A stretch of 64,000 bases of DNA from Octopus sinensis (taxonomy: Eukaryota). How positions within the stretch are numbered: the first letter of the stretch is position 1; each line of letters begins with the position of its first letter. Of this stretch, positions 1-13,247 are shown in pieces. The stretch lies in NCBI RefSeq assembly GCF_006345805.1, contig NC_043006.1, forward strand, positions 434,001-498,000, written 5' to 3'. The notes under the pieces were generated by a model. It was not told where the DNA came from and searched no databases. It worked only from the letters and a program-made list of their open reading frames with translations. A program made the translations under genes and the position numbers.

Positions 1-1080
1 TTATTATTAGTTGTTGTTGTGTTAGTATTCTTAATTTTATTAATTTTCATATTGTTGGTATTAGTTTTGTTATCGTTTTTAATATTGTTAGTTATCTTAG
101 TTTGGGTTTTTATCATTATTTCTACAGTTTTTTTGATATTATTGGTATTAATCTTATCTATGTTGTTCATATTGTTAATGTGGTTGTTACTTTCATTTAG
201 AGTGTGGTTAGTGTTGTGATAATTGTCTTGTTGATAATTTATGTTGTTCCAGTTATTTATATAATGTTCTAAGTTTAGGTATTTAATTTTTTGTTTATAA
301 ACTGCTTTCTCTAATGTGCTATTGTAGAATTCCTTATACTTATTAAAGATATCTAGGTTAGAAGGGAAGTGTGAAGTTTTTTTGCTATTGCTATGTACTA
401 ATCCTCTTTTAATAAAGTTGGGATGGTTACTGGATGCGCTTATATACTTGTGGTTTGTATTAGGTTTTATGTAGGGTTCATAGAATCCCATGGCTAGGTT
501 GCAGTTGGCATCTAAATAATTTATAGAGTTACGTTCCTTATCTATAGTAATAGTTAGGCTGATTCATTAAAAAAATTTATATAATTTTTTCTTAATCAGT
601 TCTACTCTCCTATTTGAGATGTTTTTTAGTATGAAGGGTGCATCATCTCTATATAGCCCACCTTTTATTTCTGGGAATTCTTCCTGTAGGTATAACAAAT
701 ACATACCTGCTAAGTCTGTTACCTGTGCTCAGTCTGGGGCTTCCATAGTGATATCGAAGTTATTACTGATTTTCTAAAATTACATTAATTTCCTTCGTTG
801 TTAGTTGGGTATGATTTTTGGTGAAGATACGAGCACTTTTAAGGATATCAGGGTTAATAGAAGAGTTGTCATCTTCTATGTCTATTTGTAGGAACTTGTA
901 ATTTTTCTTGTTCTGTATTTTGGAGAAGCAGTTTAAAGCTTCGTAGGTGTTGGACCATAGTTCTAGGGCTATCATATTCTTTAATTTAAGGATATATTTA
1001 TCTAATATTAATTTACTTAATTTACATAGATTGGACTTATTGGGGCATATCAATCCATGTCTACAACAATTACAGTACTG
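1..1080 (-). mobile_element. Degenerate Penelope-like element, RT/thumb remnant
   Basis: Minus-strand translation gives NLCKLSKLILDKYI..WSNTYEALNCFSKIQNKKNYKFLQIDIE, then FDITMEAPD*AQVTDLAG..GGLYRDD (YRDD at about 640-655) and YIKPNTNHKYISASSNHPN. These are PLE RT motifs with stops and frameshifts. Confidence 0.8.
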
Positions 1081-1968
1081 TTACACTTCTTCTCAGCACC
1101 TGGTAAGGTCTTTACTAGAGTGTACAATCCTCTTGCATCTCAGTGGTCAGAGCAGTCAGGGTTCATGCCAAAGAGGTAAACTACTAACAGGATCCTGGCG
1201 CTTTGTGTACTTATTGAATGCATGTGGAGCTTTTGGCAGGGACTCATGTGGGTTGACTACATGCCACATGGTCATGGTAGATGGGGAGGTATCTCGCAGA
1301 GATGGGGGCTGACTTGGACTCTCCTCAATGGGTCGCCAGGTAGAACCCTGGAATACCAACAAATAGTGAATGAAGCAATGTGGTGCAGTGTTGCATGCTT
1401 CCACATCTGACCTGACATTTGTGCCATAGTTTTTGCTCTATATCTTCTATTACTTGTTTCAATCATTGGACCTCAGCCATGGTGGGGCACCTCTTGAAGG
1501 GTTTTAGTCAATTGAATAAAAAAAAAAATAAAAAACTAGCATTGGTTATCAAGTGGTGGTTTTGGACAAAACAAACATATACACATAGCTGAGTGAGATT
1601 TTGAAGTCATTGTCAATCCTATTCTTGTTAAAGATTGATAAATTGTACTCTACCAATTATATTGAGAAATCCATCAGTTTAATTTCAACTGTTTTTATTA
1701 TAACATGAAAACAAATATGTATTTATATATGTGAATCTTACATTGCTTATAAACTCTACATCTGGATGGACTCATATTAAACTCTGTTGGACTTTTGGAT
1801 TTTACTCAAAGGATATTGGAATATTACACATATATAACATTATGCCTATAAAACGGATTTATGAATTCAATAACCATACACATCTTGCATCTATTTTCTT
1901 TCCTCCACCTCACTCTCTATTTGTATCACATCGAAACTAACTATGACTTAATTTTTCTTCTTACGCCA

Positions 1969-2018
1969 TCTCCGATGAAGGGATATTATTAATTAATATC
2001 CTAGAAACAGCTGTAAGA
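1969..2018 (+). ncRNA. Minimal type-I hammerhead ribozyme motif, U4C core variant
   Basis: TCT-CCGATGA-AG-GGATATT/AATATCC-TA-GAAAC-AGCT-GTA^AGA: 7-bp stem II, palindromic stem III loop, 3-bp stem I. Followed by about 65 bp and then (TA)n. Confidence 0.6.
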
Positions 2019-2082
2019 CCTATCTATAAATGCTCTAATATCTATACAGCCTTGGTTTTTTATCTCATTATGCAAAAAACTC

Positions 2083-2127
<45 letters not shown>

Positions 2128-2225
2128 TATACATGAGATCTTTTAGATTCTGTCTACCAAAATCTACTCATAAGGCTTTGGTTGACCTGGGGCTATAGTG
2201 GAAGGTACTTACACGTACAGGTATA

Positions 2226-2250
2226 TATTGGGTCGTCCCATAAATACTAC
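2226..2250. repeat. Solo mariner-type terminal inverted repeat
   Basis: TA+TTGGGTCGTCCCATAAATA matches the terminus TA+TTGGGTCATCCCATTAATA of the mariner fragment at 16826. Confidence 0.4.
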
Positions 2251-2573
2251 AGGTTAGTCTTGAACAAAATATGTAGGCGGTACATGAAAGCTGTATTGTG
2301 AATTAGATATTTAGGTCAGTTCAAATATGTATGGGAAATATTAAACCTGTAAAAAAATGAACATTTTAACTGTAATTTGCCATGGAGAAAATCTTGATTT
2401 AGGCAGTAGGTGTCAAAAAGGCTATCAGGGAACTGGAATTATGAGCCATTTAGTCATAATGTATGAATGAATACAAAGAATATTCTTCATTTACTGAGTT
2501 CTGTAATTTACCATGTCTTTGTGATTCACCAGAAATTTATTTGTGTGTATGTGTGTGCACACACGCGTGTATA

Positions 2574-2614
<41 letters not shown>

Positions 2615-2795
2615 CACACACATCATCATCATCATCATCGTTTAACGTCCGCTTTCCATGCTAGCATGGGTTGGACGGTTCAACTGGGGTCTGGCAAGCC
2701 CGAAGGCTGCACCAGGCCAGTCAGATCTGGCAGTGTTTCTACAGCTGGATGCCCTTCCTAACGCCAACCACTCCGAGAGTGTAGTGGGTGATTTT

Positions 2796-2985
2796 ATGTG
2801 CCACCGACACAGGTGCCAGACGAGGCTGGCAGACGGCCACGCTCGGATGGTGTTTTTATGTGCCACGACACAGGTGCCAGACGAGGCTGGCCGACGGCCA
2901 CGCTCGGATGGTGTTTTCTTATGTGTCACCGACACAGGTGCCAGACGGGGCTGGCGGACGGCCACGCTTGGATGGTGTTTGTTAC
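2796..2985 (-). repeat. 62-63 bp GC-rich tandem repeat (3 units) in the RTE 3' UTR
   Basis: Unit starts ATGTG(C/T)CAC at 2796, 2858 and 2921. The same unit occurs 7 times in the second RTE copy. Confidence 0.9.
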
Positions 2986-5900
2986 GTGCCCTCAGCACGG
3001 AGGCCAGTCGTTGCGGTACTGGCTACGATCACGTTCGGATGGTTTTCTTATGTGCCACCGGCACTGGTACCACAAGGATACAAATTCCATTGATGTTCAT
3101 CTATTTTGATTTGGTTCGATTTGATTTGATTTGATTTGATTCGATTCTCACTTGCCTCAACAGGTCTTCACAAGTGTCACAAGAAGGAAGGTATGCACAG
3201 GTGGGCTGACTACGTCCCAGGTAGGGGCCATGGATTATGGCTTCACTAGTCTTGCCAGGTCTTCTCACGCACAGCATACTTCCAGAGGTCTCGGTCTCTA
3301 GTCATTTCCATGGTGAGACCTAACGTCCGAAGGTCGTGCTTCACCACTTCGTCCCAGGTTTTCCTGGGTCTACCTCTTCCACGGGTTCCCTCAACTGCTA
3401 GGGATTGGCACTTTCTCCACACCTATCTTCATCCATTCTCGCCACATGACCATACCAGCGCAATCGTCTCTCTTGCACACAACAACTGATGCTTCTTAGG
3501 TACAACATTTCTCTCAAGGTACTAACGCTCTGTCGAGTAAGTACACTGACATTACACATCCATCGGAGCATACTGGCTTCGTTCCTCACAAGCTTACGCA
3601 TGTCCTCAGCAGTCACGGCCCATGTTTCACTGCCATGTAGCATAGCTGTTCGTACACATGCATCATACAGTCTGCCTTTTACTCTGAGCGAGAGGCCTTT
3701 AGTCACCAGCAGAGGTAAGAGCTCCCTAAACTTTGCCCAGGCTATTCTTATTCTAGCAGTTACACTTTCAGCGCACCCGCCCCCACTACTGACTTAGTCA
3801 CCTAGATAGCGGAAGCTATCAACTACTTCTAGTTTTTCCCCCGGAAAGTGACGGAAGTTGTTTTCTGCAGATTTTCGGAGGTCAATGCTCCAGAGCATCT
3901 GCCACATACAAAAACTATCTTCCCAGTAGCCTACCTTGACATTGCTGCACCTCTTATGTGTCCATAGCTTACACTGGGTACATCTTATAGAGTTTCTACC
4001 TACACCTTTTCTACAGATCGAGCAGGGCCATCTTCCTGAGGATATTTGTGGATTTTCTAACTTTCTACTTATTAGTACTTTGGTTTTAGCTAGGTTGACT
4101 CTAAGGCCCCTCGATTCTAAACCCTCCTTCCACACCTGGAACTTCTCCTCCAGTTCTGATAGTGACTCAGCGATTAGAGTGAGGTCGTCAGCATAGAGGA
4201 GCTCCCAGGGCAACCTGTCTTGAATTCCTCCACAATTGCCTGGAGCACTATGATAAATAGGAGGGGGCTGAGTACTGAACCCTGGTGGACCCCAACTTCT
4301 ACCTTGAATTCTTCTGTGTACATGCTGCCAACTCTAACCTTACTTACGGCATCTCTGTACATGGCTTGCACAGCCCTCACCAGCCATTCATCTATCCCTA
4401 GTTTCCTCATTGACCACCAGATGAGGGAAGGGGGACCCTATCAAAGGCTTTCTCCATGTCAACGAAAGCCAGGTACAGGGGCTTATCTTTGGCTAGGTAT
4501 TTCTCCTGCAGCTGCCTTACCAGGAATATAGCATCAGTGGTGCTTTTCCCTGGGACAAACCCAAACTGCATCTCATCTAAACTAACTCTCTCTCTAATTA
4601 GTTGGGCTATGACCCTCTCCGTAACCTTCATTACCTGATCCAACAGCTTGATACCTCTGTAATTATTTGTATCCAGGGCATCACCTTTACCTTTGTAGCT
4701 GTTGACTAGTATGCTGCTACACCAGTCATTGGGTATGACTCCTTCGTGTATCACCTGGTTGACTATACGGGTGACTAGGTTATAGCCGACACTGCCAGAT
4801 ATTTTGAGCATCTCTGCAGTAATTCCTGATGGGCCTGGGGCTTTCCCTGTCTTCATGCTTCTAATTGCCTTAGCTACCACGGAACTATCAACTCGGATAG
4901 CTGGTCCCTCTGTTGGGTCAACATTCGGCAGACTCTCTTTATCCCATTCATTTTCTTTATTCAGCAACCTTTCATAGTGGCATCTCCAAACCTCTCTCTT
5001 TGCATCCTCATTAGCGCAAGTGAACCATCATCCATGCGAACACACTTCTCTCCTACCACATCACGATTCTCTCTCACACACTGTCTTGCAACAACGAAAT
5101 ACCTCAAGTCTTTCATCCTCATGGCTCAGAACATTGGCAAATTTTTTCTTATCCGCTTCCCCTCTGGCTAAATAAACCTGTCTCCTAGCTTCCCTTTTGG
5201 CTGTCTGATACAATTCCCTGCTTCCACCGTTCTTCCAGTCCTTCCAAGCCTGTCTCTTTTGTCTAATAGCCCTGTCAACCACAGTGTTCCACCACCATGT
5301 TACTCTGGGTCGAGATGGTACTTTGCTCCATTCACAGATCTGGTCAGTGGCTGTCAGCAGATTGTCCCGTAGGAATCTCCAGTTGTCTTCCACATTAAGT
5401 GAAGCTATATCCCCTTCTATTTCGTCAGAGGCTTCGAGTAGTATGTCTCTAAATCTCTGTCCATTTGCAGGATCTTTAAGCTTCCAGACCCTTCTCCTCC
5501 AAGCTGGTCTTCTTCTGGGCAACCATTTAGCTCTGATCCTGAAGTCGCTAACTACTAATCTATGTGGGGAGTACATTCTTCGCCTGGGAAGGTTTTGGCA
5601 TTTATAATCAGCCCTCTTTCCCTTTTCTGGCAAGGATGTAGTCAATCTGGCTGTGTGTGTCTGCCAGAACGGTAGGTGAGAGGTGGGTTTCCTGAAATGG
5701 GTATTGCAGACCATAAGGTCATTTGCATCGCAGAACTCCAGCAGCCTGGTTCCTTCTCATTTCGAGAGCCAAAACCGTAGCCTCCATGGACGCATGGAAG
5801 CTCCCGACATGTCGTCCAACATGTCCATTGAAATCACCTGCCACGAAGAGAAGGCACTGTCATTTGTCGATGAGGTAGTCCGCAATAGGGTGTCATAGAA

Positions 5901-6456
5901 TTGGTCTTTTTGTCCTTCTGGTAGCCCTGGTTGAGGGGCATATGCCGAGATGATGGTAGCTGTCCTATGGTGAAGAACTAATCTAATTTAATTACTCTGT
6001 CACTTACTCTGACTACCTTGATTCCTTACCTACCCATTTCTCCGCAAGAAGTATACCACGCCCCCGACTCCGTCAGTGTTCCCTGCCCAGAAAATCTTGT
6101 ACCTGTGTTCCTTGCCTGTGAGGAGCCTAGCAGAACCTCCTCTCCACCTTACTTCCTGGATACAGCATACATCCACACGTCTCCGTTCAAGCAGCTCTAC
6201 AATCTCTCCAGACCTACCTTTCAATGTGCCAACATTGAGCGTGCCAACTCTGAGGGTTTGGAGGTGTGGGCATCAGAGACCCTGGGACGAGGGACAGCCG
6301 TGTCATGTACCTGAAAAGAAAGCTTGCATTTGGCAGATTTCATATGGAAACTCTCGACTACAACCTGCATACTCTTCACAATTTTTTGCGCTATATGTTC
6401 AGATAAACCCTTCATAGGTGCTAGTGGGGGGGGCAGTTTCCGGTATTTGGGTAGAA

Positions 6457-6493
6457 ACTTCCGGTATTGGTGGTGGGGGTGGGAGGGTGGGCG
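6457..6493 (-). promoter_or_regulatory. Candidate RTE internal promoter module: ETS site + G-quadruplex/GC boxes
   Basis: ACTTCCGGTATTGGTGGTGGGGGTGGGAGGGTGGGCG, 34/37 identical to 33124-33160 although the flanks do not align. A second TTTCCGG lies at about 6436 and AACATGGCG (YY1-like) on the minus strand at about 6751-6760. Confidence 0.55.
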
Positions 6494-6906
6494 ACAAAAT
6501 CGAAGCAACTAGTTTGAATACTATATTTGAGGGGGAGAAATAATTAATTAGATAAAAACTGAATGAAAGCCAGAGAGAGAATGAGTGAAAATAGATAAAT
6601 AATAAAAAAAATACGGTAGAGAAAGAAAATAGATAAATAATGAAAAAAATATACGGTAGGAAACGAGGGGGCATATTTTCGGAGGAGAATGGGATAAACA
6701 TCGAAGATGGCTCTGAAGGAAAATAAACTTTAAAAATGCAATGCATGTAGTCGCCATGTTTAGAGGGGAGAACAGATCAAGCTATCCAAACAAAACGCTT
6801 AAAAATATGAAAAGAGCAGGATGAGATTTGACTTAACTGGCCATTTTGGAAGTCTGTGTTTTCTCTGAAGGTGTAGCGAGTGAATGGGGATGGGATATGA
6901 TCGCTG

Positions 6907-6986
6907 CATATAATATATATATATATATATAATATTATAATATATATAATATATATATATAACATATATATACATATTATATATAT

Positions 6987-7083
<97 letters not shown>

Positions 7084-7429
7084 CATATATATATACACAT
7101 ACACACACCATATATATATAACATACACACACTATATATATATATATACACATACACACACATATAATATATACATACACACACATATATATATATAATA
7201 TACACATACACACACATATATATATATATATATACACATACACACACATATATATATATATACCATACACACACACATATATATATATACATACAACAAC
7301 ATATATAATATATACACATACACACACACATATATATATATACATACACACACACATATATATATATACATACACACACACATATATATATATATATACA
7401 CATACACACACACATATATATATATACAT

Positions 7430-7494
<65 letters not shown>
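6907..7494. repeat. Compound (TA)n/(CA)n microsatellite
   Basis: Direct inspection. Confidence 0.97.
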
Positions 7495-7498
<4 letters not shown>

Positions 7499-7999
7499 AG
7501 CGAGAAAGAAGCAACAAGAATGGATAGGTTTTTAGTACGATCGTTTCATACAAGGACAGGTTTTATTAAAAGTTGCAAAGATTACAGCATATAAACGAGT
7601 CCCGTACTCATCAGCTAAAATACATGTAAGTTCTCTAGACATCCTAGTGTTTGAGGCTATACTCATGAAGTAATGTAGATAATTAAACAGATTTCTAAAG
7701 TTCATTAAAGTTCCTTAAAGTTCCTTAAAGATGATGTATAGTCTTATCACAGAGTTTTAAAAAAGTTTTGATAGCATCACAGAGAAGGTGACCTAATCCA
7801 TATGAATTTCCATAGATATGATGAGGGATTATATACTCACAGAAGACAAATTTATCCATTGTTATTAGCATGTTATTAGCATTGTTATTAGGGACTCGTT
7901 TATATGCTGTAATCTTTGCAACTTTTAATAAAACCTGTCCTTGTATGAAACGATCGTACTAAAAACCTATCCATTCTTGTTGCTTCTTTCTCGCTTATA
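7495..7999. mobile_element. ORF-less fold-back mini-element: 109-bp inverted repeats, HHR-bearing (PLE pLTR-derived)
   Basis: 7495-7603 is the reverse complement of 7891-7999. The left end abuts (TA)n. Confidence 0.85.
7530..7620 (-). ncRNA. Canonical-core type-I hammerhead ribozyme motif
   Basis: TTTTAG-CTGATGA-GTAC..GTAT-GAAAC-GATC-GTA^CTAAAA: 6-bp stem I, palindromic GATC loop III. Predicted cleavage between 7536 and 7535. Confidence 0.85.
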
Positions 8000-8104
8000 A
8001 TCACCCCACATTACTGTATTGTTAAATCAGTATAGTTTTTTTGGTGCATCTAAGTTAGGTACCATATTCAAGTAAATTTTTAAATTAACTTGAATCTTTA
8101 TTGC

Positions 8105-8133
8105 TCTTTGTATATTATTATATATATATGCAT

Positions 8134-8165
<32 letters not shown>

Positions 8166-8202
8166 GCATACACACACTATATATATATATATATATATGC
8201 AT

Positions 8203-8233
<31 letters not shown>

Positions 8234-8412
8234 ACATACACACACACACCCTATATATATAATATATATATATAATATATATATGCATACACACACATAT
8301 ATATATATATATAATATATATACATACACACACACACACATATATAATAATATTATATATATATATATATATATACATACACACACATACATATATAATA
8401 TATATATATATA
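8105..8412. repeat. Compound (TA)n/(CA)n microsatellite
   Basis: Direct inspection. Confidence 0.95.
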
Positions 8413-8760
8413 TACTTTGATACTTTGATAGGTTTCGGCCTATTGGCCCAGGCCATGTCTAACTTAATAGCACCACCTGGTGAAGTCTTTCAAGTCAGAA
8501 TTGGGCACTATGGCCCCACTCAAGTAGAGAGGTATGTTTACAGAGACATATCGGGTGTGTAGGGGGTTTATCGGGATTTCTTGAAGGAATCTGTCCAAAG
8601 ACTTCTTGAACCCTATAGGGTCAGTTTCTGTTTTAATGTGTTTTGGTGTAATGTTAAAGAGAGCGGGCCAATTGAGGTGAAATAATTGTGCCGTATTGTT
8701 GTTATGAGATGAGAGTGCGATTTTTGTTTTGGGCGGATGGCACGGGGCCCAAGCCTTGGA
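8413..8760 (-). mobile_element. 5'-truncated CR1/L2-group LINE 3' end
   Basis: Minus translation ITTIRHNYFTSIGP..FNITPKHIKTETDPIGFKKSLDRFLQEIPDKP. Tail is the tandem octamer ATCAAAGT (8413-8430). Confidence 0.7.
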
Positions 8761-8937
8761 TGTACCTTAAAGGTGATGCCAAGGTGATATATATATCACT
8801 TAAAGGTGATATATATATATATATATATATATAATTAATCAATATAGGGTGGCAAGGAAAATTTTGTAGAATTTTATTGCCACCAGCGGCCCAGCGGGAA
8901 AAAAATTAAATAGTCATAGACCATTTTTAAGTTCAAC

Positions 8938-9029
8938 ATTAACAATTAAGGAACGGCCATAATAGGTAGAAGCTTGGCTGTTATTTCTAGTGGGTGAATG
9001 GCCTATTTGGCCGTTCCTTAATTGTTAAT
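8938..9029. repeat. Perfect 22-bp inverted repeat abutting (TA)n
   Basis: ATTAACAATTAAGGAACGGCCA (8938-8959) / TGGCCGTTCCTTAATTGTTAAT (9008-9029). Confidence 0.85.
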
Positions 9030-9119
9030 TATATATATATATATACATACCACACACACACTATATAATATATATATATATATATATATTATATATAATA
9101 CATACACACAATATATATC

Positions 9120-9153
<34 letters not shown>

Positions 9154-9195
9154 AATACACACACAACATATATAGATATATATATATATATACAT

Positions 9196-9247
<52 letters not shown>

Positions 9248-9299
9248 CATACAACACATATATATATATATATAGATATATATACATACATACACACAC

Positions 9300-9337
<38 letters not shown>

Positions 9338-9340
9338 CAT

Positions 9341-9375
<35 letters not shown>

Positions 9376-9390
9376 GATATATACATACAT

Positions 9391-9435
<45 letters not shown>

Positions 9436-9536
9436 CATACACACACATAATATATATATATATATATATATACATACACACACATATATATATTATATAT
9501 ATATATATATATACATACATACACACACACATATAG

Positions 9537-9567
<31 letters not shown>

Positions 9568-9570
9568 CAT

Positions 9571-9609
<39 letters not shown>

Positions 9610-9659
9610 CATACACCACATATATATATAGATATAGATATATACATACATATACACAC

Positions 9660-9697
<38 letters not shown>

Positions 9698-9700
9698 CAT

Positions 9701-9733
<33 letters not shown>

Positions 9734-9885
9734 CACAACATACACATAGATAGATATATATATATATATATATATACATAATACACACACATATATATAT
9801 ATGATATATATATATATACACTACATACACACATAGCATAATAGATATATATATATATATATATATATACATACACATACACCCA

Positions 9886-9916
<31 letters not shown>

Positions 9917-9920
9917 ACAT

Positions 9921-9960
<40 letters not shown>

Positions 9961-10007
9961 CATACATACACACATATATATATATTATATATATATAATA
10001 CATACAT

Positions 10008-10047
<40 letters not shown>

Positions 10048-10093
10048 CATACATACGCACACATATATATATATATAATATATATATATATAT

Positions 10094-10128
<35 letters not shown>

Positions 10129-10209
10129 CATACATACACACACAATATAATATATAATATATAACATACACACACACACATATATATTATATATATACAT
10201 ACCACAACT

Positions 10210-10251
<42 letters not shown>

Positions 10252-10344
10252 TATACACATACACACACATATATATATTATATTATATATATATATATAT
10301 ACACACACCACACACATAATATATATATATATATATACATACAC

Positions 10345-10386
<42 letters not shown>

Positions 10387-10457
10387 CACACACACACATA
10401 TATATATATATTATATAATATATATATAACATACACAACATATATATATATATACAT

Positions 10458-10507
<50 letters not shown>

Positions 10508-10530
10508 ATATATATATATATATATATATA
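9030..10530. repeat. 1.5-kb compound microsatellite, (TA)n punctuated by CATACATACACACACA
   Basis: Direct inspection. Confidence 0.97.
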
Positions 10531-10609
10531 AGGGTGGAAAGGAACACACGAGTTGATATATATGAAAAAACAAGTCAAAAATAGAAAATGCTAAGATAAT
10601 TTTATAGTG

Positions 10610-10662
10610 AATCTTTCAGTACCGGTTTCGGTCATTTTGAGACCTTTTCAACTGTAACGATT
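10610..10662 (-). ncRNA. Hammerhead motif with U3/A8 core (left pLTR arm)
   Basis: Reverse complement of 13931-13983. Confidence 0.7.
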
Positions 10663-11271
10663 AAATAATTAAATTTAGAAAAATTAGAAGAAAAGTTTTT
10701 TTAAAAGAATATTTCTATAGTAGTGTTCAGATATAAGTAGCATTCTGCCTTTCTCTGACTCCCTTGTTTGCACTTGTGTGTTCGAGGTCGTTTTGAGTTC
10801 TTGGTAGGGTAGGTGAAGAATAAGGAGGCTGATGTGGAGAGGGGGTGGGGAAATCTGGGAATGCCTTGATGGTCGTATTTTGAATGGTCAGTGGCTGACA
10901 GTAGTCGCAGTTCAATTCAGGAATTGTTTATGGAATTGTTATACTGAATGACATTAGTGACAAGGTTAAGGGGTGGAGAAGAAGAAGAAGAAGAAGAAGA
11001 AGATGACGATGTTGATGATGATGATGATGAAGAAGAAGGAGAAGGAGAAGATGATGGTGATGATGGTGGTGATGATGATGACGACGATGATGATGATAAT
11101 GATAATGATGATGATGAAGAAGAAGAGGAAGAAGAAGAAGAAAAAAACAGAGAAGGGAGAATATGAATGGGTGAAAGTATAGCTGTGATGGGGCTGATTA
11201 GTAATGGATTCTATGGAGTGTAATATTTGTGTGTGTATATATTTCTTTTATTCTAAAGTTGAGGTATATTA

Positions 11272-12597
11272 ATGTTGATATGGGTATATTATGTTGATAT
11301 GGGTAATAAGAACAAAACACTTGATGATTTCTGTGACCACATATCTAATTACCCATATCAACATATGCACAAACAAAAACACAAACCAAACTCCAGCAAA
11401 AAAGAATGGGCTGAGTTGAACAAATTAAAACTAGATAAAACAATTACAATCAAAGAGGCCGATAAAGGGAGTGCTGTGGTCTTAATGGATACGACATTTT
11501 ACATAACTTTGGTACTTTCTATACTGGAAGACACAACATACTATGAAAAGGCACAAAACTACAGTCAACAAAAAATAATGAGGGAACTAAAATCCATATT
11601 AAACCCATACAAAGCAGGGCTCACCGACAAAGAATATGATTATATGACCAATTTCACAAGTAAAACTAGCCAATTCTACGGTATACCTAAGATCCACAAA
11701 AGTGAAAAAATAAGCAACGCATGCAAGATAGCTACAGACAAAATAATTAAAGTCCCTAATCCTAATGACCTCAAATTGAGACCCATAATAGCAGGTCCCG
11801 CATGTGAAACCCACCGCCTCAGTAACTTTTTAGACACCCTGTTAAAACCACTCCTCAAACATGTCAAAAGCTATATAAGGGACGACTTAGATATGCTCAA
11901 TCACCTACCGAATACTATAAACAAAAACACCATACTGGTATCCTTCGATGTAGTCAACCTCTACTCCAATATCCCCCACAACCTAGGACTAGAGGCAATC
12001 CAATTCTGGCTAGAGAATCACGCCAACGAACTACCACACCGCATCAAAAAAGAATTTGTGATAGAAGGGGTTAAATTCATCCTGGAAAATAACTTCTTCG
12101 CCTTCAATGACAACTTCTACCAACAAAAATCGGGGACTGCGATGGGTACACGAATGGCCCCCTCCTTTGCCAACCTAGTCATAGGATACCTAGAGATCAG
12201 TCTGTATCGTAAGGTTCTAGAAAGATATGGCAGCCCTTTCTCCATCTACATAGAAAACAACTGGAAGAGATATCTAGATGACTGTTTCATCCTTTGGCAT
12301 AAAAATATAGAAAAACTCATAGAATTCCAGAAAATTTTAAACGGACTGGACGTAAACATCCAATTCACGATGGAATATAGCCAACAACAACTCCCCTTCC
12401 TCGATATCCTCATTAAGAAAGCTAATAATATAATAGAAACAGACATATACTATAAGCCTACAGACTCTAAGCAATATCTTCCATTCAATTCATGCCACCC
12501 CAGACACACCAGGATGAATATCCCCTTCAATCTAGCAAAAAGGATATGCACTATAGTCTCTAACGCAAACACCAGAGAACACGACTACAAGAACTAA
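11272..12597 (+). pseudogene. PLE reverse transcriptase, 5'-truncated, frameshifted at about 12590
   Basis: ADKGSAVV, FYGIPKIHK, LRPII, SFDVVNLYSNIP, GTAMGTRMAPSFANL, WKRYLDD, PFLD. Confidence 0.93.
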
Positions 12598-12812
12598 AAG
12601 ATACCCTTATCACCAGGAACTATCCACCTTCACTTATTGACAAGTGCATTCAACGTGCCCTTCAACTTAACATCAAGGAACTGAGACATCCCAAATCAAA
12701 GAAAAACTTACAACCAAAAGCCTTACCATACATCTCCACACACAACCCTCTCAATAACGAAGCCTTCGACACCATCCTCCACAACATACCCCTCCTAAAA
12801 AAAGACCACAGA

Positions 12813-13247
12813 ATGAACACAATCCTCCAAACACACACGATCATAAAAAGCAAAAGACAGCCTAGATCCATGAAAAGTCTCCTAACACAAGCCCGAATTC
12901 ACTCTTCAACACAGAAGCCGACAGTAAAAAAATGTGGAAGACCCAATTGCGGGATATGCGACTATCTAATTGAGGGATCAGAGTTCTCCTTCAAACAGGG
13001 ACAACGGTTTACAGTGAAAAGCAACTTTACATGTGCTTCGGAGAACCTAATATACTCACTAACCTGCTCCGGGTGTCAAGAGCAGTACATAGGCCAAACA
13101 AAAAATGGTTTGCGTAAACGAATGGCCCTGCACAGATCCCAGATAAAAATTCCCCAAAACAGAAAAATAGCTTTTAGCCAACACATAGATACTTGCGCCA
13201 ACAAAAAAAACACCAAACTTCAGGATTTTCCCCCTCTACCAATTTAG
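12813..13247 (+). pseudogene. PLE GIY-YIG endonuclease with Cys-rich linker
   Basis: CGRPNCGIC linker, NLIYSLTCSGCQEQYIGQT, LRKRMALHRSQI. Frameshift near the A-run at about 13201-13210. Confidence 0.9.

Larger units (their letters stand above)
2621..6770 (-). mobile_element. Near-full-length RTE-clade LINE (APE + RT), multiply frameshifted
   Basis: APE (TLNVGTLKGRSGEIVELLERRRVDVCCIQEVRW), RT (KAPGPSG, NNYRGIKLL, GVHQGSVLSPLLF, LLYADD) and C-terminal LHGSETW/RRLRWYGH. The 3' UTR ends in a (GAT)n tail at 2621-2640. The 5' boundary is uncertain. Confidence 0.93.

Noticed and set aside
19-219. Hydrophobic 66-aa ORF suggesting a membrane protein
   Set aside because: Antisense reading of the low-complexity A/C-rich tail of the PLE remnant.
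729-731. In-frame TGA in the PLE RT as possible selenocysteine (some PLE groups encode Sec)
   Set aside because: It falls at the conserved Gly of the D-G-A-E motif (likely GGA to TGA), the copy has other lesions, and no SECIS was seen.
8428-8460. GGCC..GGCC-GAAAC on the minus strand resembling a HHR 3' half
   Set aside because: No CUGANGA-like core or stem I upstream. It is part of a LINE 3' UTR.
10948-11182. Poly-Glu/Asp and poly-Lys/Met ORFs
   Set aside because: GAA/GAT trinucleotide tract inside the inverted pLTR; the mirror tract at 13460-13600 differs in length.
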